A DNA stretch of 38,758 nt from Christensenella sp. UBA1224 (lineage in GTDB: Bacteria; Bacillota; Clostridia; Christensenellales; Aristaeellaceae), in contig DBXA01000185.1 of assembly GCA_002309235.1 (NCBI GenBank), forward strand, positions 6,418 to 45,175. Direction: 5' to 3'. Each line of letters starts with the position of its first letter. Position 1 is the first letter of the stretch. Position numbers and translations under genes: made by a program. This document shows, one piece after another, positions 33,362 through 38,758 of the stretch. Below the pieces are notes generated by a model, which saw only the letters and a list, made by a program, of their open reading frames with translations, searched no databases and had not been told where the DNA came from.

Positions 33362-34621
33362 ATGAGATTTGGTATATACACGCTGGACGATTATGATCTG
33401 AAAGGTAAAACGGTTCTGTGCAGGGTGGATATGAATCAGCCGGTCGACCGTGTTTCAGGTAAACTGAAGAGCACGCAGAGGATCAAAGCCTGCGCGCCGA
33501 CGGTCAGGGAGCTTTCCGATAAAGGCGCGAAAACGGTTGTTTTGGCCCATCAGGGGAGCGATATCGAATATAAAAATTATTATACGACGGAGCCTCATGC
33601 CAAGACGTTGGAAGAATTTGTCGGAAAGCCGGTAAGCTTTATCGACGATGTCTGCGGACCGGCAGCAAGGCAGGCTATTTCAGATTTGAAGGAAGGAGAG
33701 ATACTGCTGCTTGATAATGTTCGTTTCTGCGCAGAAGAACAGACGCTCTTCGAGACAAAGTTGTGCCTCACGCATGAAGAGCAGGCGCATACGCAGGTGG
33801 TGGAGAAGCTTGCGCCGCTCGCAGATCTGTATGTCTGCGATGCGTTTGCAGCGGCACACCGGGACCAGCCGACATTATGCGGCTTCGAACAGGTACTTCC
33901 TTCTGCGATGGGCCGGCTTTTCGAGAAGGAATACTGCGTGGTTTCGGAATTGATGGAAGCGCCTGCTCATCCATGTGTTTTCGCCTTGGGCGGAGCAAAG
34001 ATATCGGATGCTTTTATGATGATGGAAACCGTTCTGAAAGCGGGTACTGCGGATGTGATCCTGACGGGCGGTCTCGTGGGAGAGATCCTTCTGGCTTCGC
34101 AGGGCATAGAGATCGGGAAGGGAACTATGGATTTCATTCTCCGTTCCAATTATGGGGAATTCATTGAGAAGGCGAAGGATATCTACGCAAAATACGCAGG
34201 CAGCATTGTGTTGCCTGTTGACCTGGCTTGCGTCAAGAATGGCAAGCGCGAAGAAGCCCGCGTCGGGGTTATCCCAGCCGATTTTGATTCTTCGGATATC
34301 GGTTCCATGACAGCTGCACAATACCGGGATAAGATCCTCGGAGCAGCTACTGTGTTCGTGAACGGGCCTATGGGGATATTCGAGCAGAAGGAAAGTGAAC
34401 TGGGAACAAAGGTGGAATTTGAAGCATTGGCGGAGACAAAGGCATATACCGTAGTCGGAGGCGGTGACAGCGTGACGGCGGCAAAGCAATACGGGGTGAC
34501 GGATAAGATCGGTTACGTATGCACAGGCGGAGGCGCGCTCATCCGTTTCCTGACAGGTGAAGAACTGCCTGTCGTGAAAGCGCTCAGGCATGCGGCAAAA
34601 ACGTTTCCGGCGGATCGTTGA
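33362..34621 (+). CDS. pgk: Phosphoglycerate kinase homologue, archaeal-like
   Basis: Trimmed from 33302 to ATG 33362 (MRFGIYTLDDY), 7 nt after GGAGG. RVDMNQPV, VVLAHQG (archaeal AHQG rather than bacterial SHLGRP), LLLDNVRF, DAFAAAHR, LGGAKISD, GGGDS and CTGGGA are PGK blocks. Confidence 0.8.
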   Translation: MRFGIYTLDDYDLKGKTVLCRVDMNQPVDRVSGKLKSTQRIKACAPTVRELSDKGAKTVVLAHQGSDIEYKNYYTTEPHAKTLEEFVGKPVSFIDDVCGPAARQAISDLKEGEILLLDNVRFCAEEQTLFETKLCLTHEEQAHTQVVEKLAPLADLYVCDAFAAAHRDQPTLCGFEQVLPSAMGRLFEKEYCVVSELMEAPAHPCVFALGGAKISDAFMMMETVLKAGTADVILTGGLVGEILLASQGIEIGKGTMDFILRSNYGEFIEKAKDIYAKYAGSIVLPVDLACVKNGKREEARVGVIPADFDSSDIGSMTAAQYRDKILGAATVFVNGPMGIFEQKESELGTKVEFEALAETKAYTVVGGGDSVTAAKQYGVTDKIGYVCTGGGALIRFLTGEELPVVKALRHAAKTFPADR

Positions 34622-34654
34622 TGCGCTTGAATAACCGGAGAAAGGAGAAGCAGG

Positions 34655-35719
34655 ATGAAAATATATAAAATGGCGGTCATAGCCGGTGACGGTATCGGGC
34701 CGGAAGTTCTCAGGGAAGGAATAAAGGTGCTGGATACAGTCGCAGAAAAGGATGGCGGTTTCCGCTTTGAATGGACGTATTTTCCATGGGGCTGCGAATA
34801 CTACCTGAAGCATGGCAGGATGATGGCAGAAGACGGGATAGAGACGCTGAAGGGTTTTGATGCGATCTACCTTGGCGCGGTCGGAGCGCCTGGTGTACCG
34901 GATCATATCTCATTGTGGGATCTGTTGCTCGTGATCCGCAAGAGTTTTGATCAATATGTGAATCTGCGCCCGGTAAAGCTGCTGCGAGGTGCACCTTGTC
35001 CGCTTAAAGATGCAAAGCGCGAAGATATCGATATGGTATTTGTGCGGGAGAACAGTGAAGGCGAATATGCGGGCAGCGGTAGTTGGCTTTACAAAGGCAA
35101 GCCGAATGAAGTAGTGATTCAGAACGGCGTTTTTTCACGCGTAGGCTGCGAACGGGTGATCCGGTATGCATATGAGCTTGCCCGCAGAGACAGGAAGACG
35201 CTGACAAGTGTAAGCAAAGGGAACGCGCTGAACTATTCGATGGTGTTCTGGGATCAGATATTCAAAGAAGTAGGAAAGGAATACCCGGATGTAGAGACGC
35301 ACAGCCTGCTGGTAGATGCCGCGAGCATGTTTATGGTAAAGGACCCAAAGAGATTCCAGGTTGTTGTGACAAGCAATCTTTTCGGCGATATTCTTACCGA
35401 TCTTGGTGCAGCGATCTCGGGGGGCATGGGGCTTGCGGCAGGAGCAAACCTGAACCCGGAGAGGAAATATCCCTCTATGTTCGAACCGATACACGGTTCT
35501 GCCCCGGATATCGCGGGCAAAGGAATAGCTGACCCACTGGCTTCTATCTGGTCTGCCAGTCAGATTTTGGACTTTTTCGGAGAAGAAGAATGGGGAAAGA
35601 AGATCCTTGGAGCAATCGAACAGCTGCTTACGGAAGGGAAGACGCTTACGCCTGACATAGGCGGTACGGCATCCACATCCGAAGTCGGCAGTGCTGTGGC
35701 AGAGATACTGCGGAGATAA
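34655..35719 (+). CDS. Tartrate dehydrogenase/decarboxylase / D-malate dehydrogenase (isopropylmalate-DH superfamily)
   Basis: 354 aa. Near-colinear match to my memory of E. coli DmlA: IAGDGIGPEV, FDAIYLGAVG.P.VPDHISLW, FDQYVNLRPV, VRENSEGEY, SNLFGDILTDLG, NLNPER.YPSMFEPIHGSAPDIAGKGIA(D/N)P. Confidence 0.85.
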   Translation: MKIYKMAVIAGDGIGPEVLREGIKVLDTVAEKDGGFRFEWTYFPWGCEYYLKHGRMMAEDGIETLKGFDAIYLGAVGAPGVPDHISLWDLLLVIRKSFDQYVNLRPVKLLRGAPCPLKDAKREDIDMVFVRENSEGEYAGSGSWLYKGKPNEVVIQNGVFSRVGCERVIRYAYELARRDRKTLTSVSKGNALNYSMVFWDQIFKEVGKEYPDVETHSLLVDAASMFMVKDPKRFQVVVTSNLFGDILTDLGAAISGGMGLAAGANLNPERKYPSMFEPIHGSAPDIAGKGIADPLASIWSASQILDFFGEEEWGKKILGAIEQLLTEGKTLTPDIGGTASTSEVGSAVAEILRR

Positions 35720-35726
35720 GAGAGAT

Positions 35727-36482
35727 ATGAAGCAGGAAGAAATACGGATACAGTCGACTTTGGATGGCAGTTTGCAGCCGTCGCTCTTGTACAGACCTGA
35801 TCTGACCGGGAAGCAGCCTCTTCTCGTGGGCTTGCATACCTGGAGCCATGACCGTTTCAATCAGGTAAGCAGAATGGTGCCATGGGCAGAGGCATTGGGC
35901 TTTGGCTTACTTCTGCCCGAGTTCCGCGGTCCGAACCTGGATACCAATCCGCGATGCACGCAGGCTTGCGGTTCTGAATATGCCATGCGGGATATCAGGG
36001 ATGCTATAGACGAATGCATTCGCAAAGGGATCGCGGATCCTGCGCATATTTTCCTGTACGGCGCAAGCGGAGGCGGCCATATGGCGCTGATGATGGCGGG
36101 TAACTGTCCGGAATACTTTGAAGCTATTGCAGCTTTTGTACCGATAACGGATCTGGAAAAATGGGCGGATGAAAATGCGGTCTATCGTCGACATGTTTGT
36201 GCCTGCTGCTCGAACGACCCGATTGAAATGGCAAAACGTTCCCCGATGTCGTATATTGATGGCATTGCGCGGGCGAATGTGAAGATCTTTCACGGTAAGT
36301 ATGACCCTACCGTGCCTGTAGGACACAGTATACGCCTTTTTACGGAGATCATGCTGAAATATCCCCAGAATCACGTATACCTGGATGTTTTCGATGGCGG
36401 GCATGAGACGGATGAACTGCTGGCGCTCCACTGGATCCGCACGCAGTATCAGAAGAGAAAACTGACAACAGTAACAGGGTAA
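35727..36482 (+). CDS. Alpha/beta hydrolase (S9/dienelactone-hydrolase-like esterase)
   Basis: Trimmed from 35691 to ATG 35727. GASGGGHMAL is a GxSxG nucleophile elbow, with a later HGKYDPTVP and GGHE for the Asp/His. No signal peptide. Confidence 0.65.
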   Translation: MKQEEIRIQSTLDGSLQPSLLYRPDLTGKQPLLVGLHTWSHDRFNQVSRMVPWAEALGFGLLLPEFRGPNLDTNPRCTQACGSEYAMRDIRDAIDECIRKGIADPAHIFLYGASGGGHMALMMAGNCPEYFEAIAAFVPITDLEKWADENAVYRRHVCACCSNDPIEMAKRSPMSYIDGIARANVKIFHGKYDPTVPVGHSIRLFTEIMLKYPQNHVYLDVFDGGHETDELLALHWIRTQYQKRKLTTVTG

Positions 36483-36510
36483 AACTGCACGGAAACGGCT
36501 CGAACAACTA

Positions 36511-36555
36511 AAAAACAGGCAGAAAGCACCAGATGATGCGATACTGCCTGTTTTT
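36511..36555. terminator. Bidirectional terminator between convergent operon 2 and ilvE
   Basis: AAAAACAGGCAG (36511-36522) pairs with CTGCCTGTTTTT (36544-36555). The 21-nt loop is large. A-run and T-run arms suit both strands. Confidence 0.6.
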
Positions 36556-36571
36556 AGTTTATCTGATTGAT

Positions 36572-37609
36572 TTAGAGTATCGGGTGGATCCAGCCTTCCG
36601 GCGCCTCGACGGTGCCTTCCTGGATGCCCAGCAGGGTCTCTCTCAGCTTGGTCATCCACGGGCCCATCTTTTCCATGCCGGATGCGATCTCGATATCCTT
36701 GCCGTTGTCATTCACCTTTCCTACAGGGGATATGACGGCTGCGGTGCCGCAAAGGCCCATTTCCTTGAAGCAACCCTTGCGGAGCTCGTCCGCGAAGACC
36801 TCTCTCTCCTCGACCTTCATGCCCAGATAGTGCTCGGCCACGTAGACCAGGCTCCGGCGGGTGATGGAGGGGAGTATGGAATCGGACTTCGGCACGACGA
36901 GATGGTCATCGCCGTCAACGAAAATGATATTGGCGCCGCCGGTCTCCTCGATCTTGGTCCTCGTGGCGGGATCGAGGTATACGTTTTCGGCAAAGCCCTG
37001 CCGGTGGGCGTCCATGATGGGCTTGAGGCTCATGGCGTAGTTGAGGCCGGCTTTGATATGGCCTGTGCCGTGAGGCGCTGCCCTGTCATAATCGCTGAAG
37101 CGGACGTAGATGGGCTTGGCGCCGCCTTTAAAGTAGGGGCCTACGGGCGTGGTGAACGCGCGGTACTGGTAATCATCGGCCGGTTTAACGCCTATGACGG
37201 GGCTGATGCCGAACATATACGGGCGGATGTACAGTGAAGCGCCGGTGCCGTAGGGCGGTACCCAGGCCGCGTTTGCGGCGACTACCTTTTCGATGGAATC
37301 CACGAACTGTTCGACGGAAAGGGGCGGGATCTCCAGACGGATGGCGCTGCTGCGCAGCCTTTCACCGTTGAGATCCGGCCGGAATGTCACGATGCGGCCG
37401 TCAACGGTGGTATAGGCCTTGAGGCCTTCGAATACGGTCTGTGCGTACTGCAGCACGCCGGCATCCTCACTCATGACGATCTTGTCATCGGCGACCAGGG
37501 CGCCTTCATCCCACTTGCCCGCTTCCTTTGTATAGTTTGCCACATAGCGCCAGTCTGTCTTCATATAGGCAAAGCTGAGGTTTGACCAATCGATGTTTTT
37601 CTTTTCCAC
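36572..37609 (-). CDS. ilvE: Branched-chain amino acid aminotransferase
   Basis: 345 aa, GTG start 7 nt after AAGGAGG. FEGLKAY, IRP, GTGHIKAGLNYA, ETGGANIF and GTAAVISPV are class IV PLP aminotransferase (long IlvE) blocks. Confidence 0.9.
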   Translation of the reverse strand: MEKKNIDWSNLSFAYMKTDWRYVANYTKEAGKWDEGALVADDKIVMSEDAGVLQYAQTVFEGLKAYTTVDGRIVTFRPDLNGERLRSSAIRLEIPPLSVEQFVDSIEKVVAANAAWVPPYGTGASLYIRPYMFGISPVIGVKPADDYQYRAFTTPVGPYFKGGAKPIYVRFSDYDRAAPHGTGHIKAGLNYAMSLKPIMDAHRQGFAENVYLDPATRTKIEETGGANIIFVDGDDHLVVPKSDSILPSITRRSLVYVAEHYLGMKVEEREVFADELRKGCFKEMGLCGTAAVISPVGKVNDNGKDIEIASGMEKMGPWMTKLRETLLGIQEGTVEAPEGWIHPIL

Positions 37610-37698
37610 GGTACATTCCTCCTTTGAAGATCAAAGCATATATCCTCCGGCGGGCGGCAGATGAAAACGCGTACCGCAGCCGGAAACTGTTTTTATAA

Positions 37699-37727
37699 AC
37701 TATACCATATGCAATTCCGGAATGCAA
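37699..37727 (-). promoter_or_regulatory. Candidate ilvE promoter
   Basis: On the minus strand: TTGCAT (37727-37722), 17 nt spacer, TATAGT (37704-37699), about 85 nt upstream of the start. The palindrome ATTCCGGAAT (37714-37723) overlaps the -35/spacer junction. Confidence 0.4.
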
Positions 37728-37802
37728 TAACTGCAAATGTTGAATTTGAACGATGTCCTCCGAAAGCATGCCGCATGACACGAAAAAATAAGACAGAAGT
37801 GG

Positions 37803-37832
37803 TTGACAAACGGGCTTTGGCTGTACGATAAT
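37803..37832 (+). promoter_or_regulatory. Candidate ald promoter
   Basis: TTGACA (37803-37808), 18 nt spacer, GATAAT (37827-37832), about 105 nt upstream of ATG 37941. Confidence 0.45.
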
Positions 37833-37940
37833 AAACCATCTTTTTTGAATGGGAGCGGTCCGATGGTGAAGCGCGGCCGCTGATATCCTGCAAATTGCGG
37901 CCGCGGCGCGGAAAGGCCGGGAGAGAGGAGCGATCCGTAT

Positions 37941-38758
37941 ATGAAGATCGGTTGTGTCAGAGAACTCAAAAACAACGAATACCGTGTGGGGCTTACGCCC
38001 GATAATGTAAAGGCATATGTTGCTGCCGGGCATGAGGTGCTGTTTGAATGCGGCGCCGGTGTCGGCTCCGGCTTTCCGGACAGTGAGTATATCGCAGCCG
38101 GCGCAAAGCTCGCAAAGGATCCGGCTGAGGTATGGAAAAATGTCGATATGATGGTCAAGGTGAAGGAGCCGCAGGAGAGCGAGTATCCCCTGTTCCATGA
38201 CGGCCTCATCCTCTATACCTACCTGCACCTCGCGGCAGACAAGCAGCAGATGGACGCGCTGCTCGCGGGCAGGATCCGCTCGGTCGCCTATGAGACGCTG
38301 CAGGAGAAGGATGGGAGCCTGCCTCTTCTCGCCCCCATGAGCCAGATCGCCGGAAGGCTTTCCATACAGGAAGGCGCGAAGTACCTGGAGAAGAGGTTCG
38401 GCGGGGAAGGAGTGCTGCTCGCGGGCGTTCCCGGCACGCCGAAATCTCATATCGTGATACTGGGCGGCGGCACCGTAGGCGCGAACGCATGCAAGATCGC
38501 GGTCGGAATGGGAGCGGATGTCACCATCATCGATATCAACCTCAAGAGGCTTGAGCAGCTGGACGACCTGTTCGGCGCCAGGATACAGACACTCGTATCC
38601 ACGGATTCCAATATTGAGAAGGCGCTCAGGAACGCGGATCTTGTGATCGGCTCCGTGCTGATCCCAGGCGGCAGCACCCCCAAGCTCTTCAAGCGCAAAT
38701 ACCTGAAGGAGATGAAGGCCGGCGCGGTGTTCGTGGATGTCGCCATCGACCAGGGCGG
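37941..38758 (+). CDS. ald: Alanine dehydrogenase (N-terminal about 272 aa; runs off the right edge)
   Basis: Absent from the ORF track because it has no stop in the window. ATG 37941 follows GAGAGGAG. MKIGCVRELKNNEYRVGLTP, KVKEP, LYTYLHLA, MSQIAGR and VILGGGTVG are classic AlaDH/PNT blocks. Confidence 0.9.
   Translation, partial: MKIGCVRELKNNEYRVGLTPDNVKAYVAAGHEVLFECGAGVGSGFPDSEYIAAGAKLAKDPAEVWKNVDMMVKVKEPQESEYPLFHDGLILYTYLHLAADKQQMDALLAGRIRSVAYETLQEKDGSLPLLAPMSQIAGRLSIQEGAKYLEKRFGGEGVLLAGVPGTPKSHIVILGGGTVGANACKIAVGMGADVTIIDINLKRLEQLDDLFGARIQTLVSTDSNIEKALRNADLVIGSVLIPGGSTPKLFKRKYLKEMKAGAVFVDVAIDQG

Noticed and set aside
37610-37700. A T-box or other riboswitch leader upstream of ilvE.
   Set aside because: The distance from the candidate promoter to the start codon is only about 85 nt. 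There is no terminator/antiterminator pair with a T-run and no T-box-like AGAGA...GGUGGNACCGCG sequence.
1-38758. A search for CRISPR arrays, tRNA/rRNA genes, short tandem repeats, toxin-antitoxin pairs or defence-system hallmarks (nucleases, helicases, reverse transcriptase, methyltransferases).
   Set aside because: Nothing of the kind was recognisable by eye. All substantial ORFs are accounted for by metabolic, transport or regulatory genes. An Rfam or tRNAscan run would be needed to exclude small RNAs formally.

Overview
The window looks like chromosomal DNA from a Gram-positive anaerobe. Strong GGAGG ribosome-binding sites, GTG/TTG starts and LplABC-type sugar importers suggest a Clostridia-like organism, but that is inference. 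I saw no rRNA, tRNA, CRISPR array, transposase or integrase. The two edges carry ordinary genes: a partial ADP-ribosylglycohydrolase and a GNAT on the left, and ilvE plus a partial ald on the right. The interior holds two adjacent, paralogous carbohydrate-utilisation loci with the same layout. Each has a membrane-spanning AraC-type regulator on the minus strand, co-transcribed with one small partner gene. Divergent from it is an importer operon (two permeases plus a solute-binding protein, no ATPase), then a hairpin, then a long catabolic gene string. Locus 1 (1.3-17.6 kb) carries six head-to-tail, diverged GH5 paralogues of the CelC type with no signal peptide, followed by a PdxA-like / MBL / SDR / beta-hydroxyacid-dehydrogenase module. 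Locus 2 (17.6-36.5 kb) carries a 12-gene string: a GH20-like hydrolase, an Eda-like aldolase fused to a VOC-like domain, a beta-propeller lactonase, an M20D amidohydrolase and a second, reshuffled beta-hydroxyacid-DH / PdxA-like / SDR triad, followed by a single-Cys Asp/Glu-racemase-family protein, an archaeal-type (class II) GAPDH, an archaeal-type PGK, a tartrate/D-malate dehydrogenase and an alpha/beta hydrolase. No sugar kinase or DUF1537 kinase is present. The best candidates for undescribed biology are the six-fold cytoplasmic GH5 array and the kinase-less acid-sugar module with its archaeal-type GAPDH/PGK pair. Base composition is visibly mosaic, with an AT-rich block at about 17.6-24.6 kb. 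All functional calls come from motif recognition by eye, and no database search was run.
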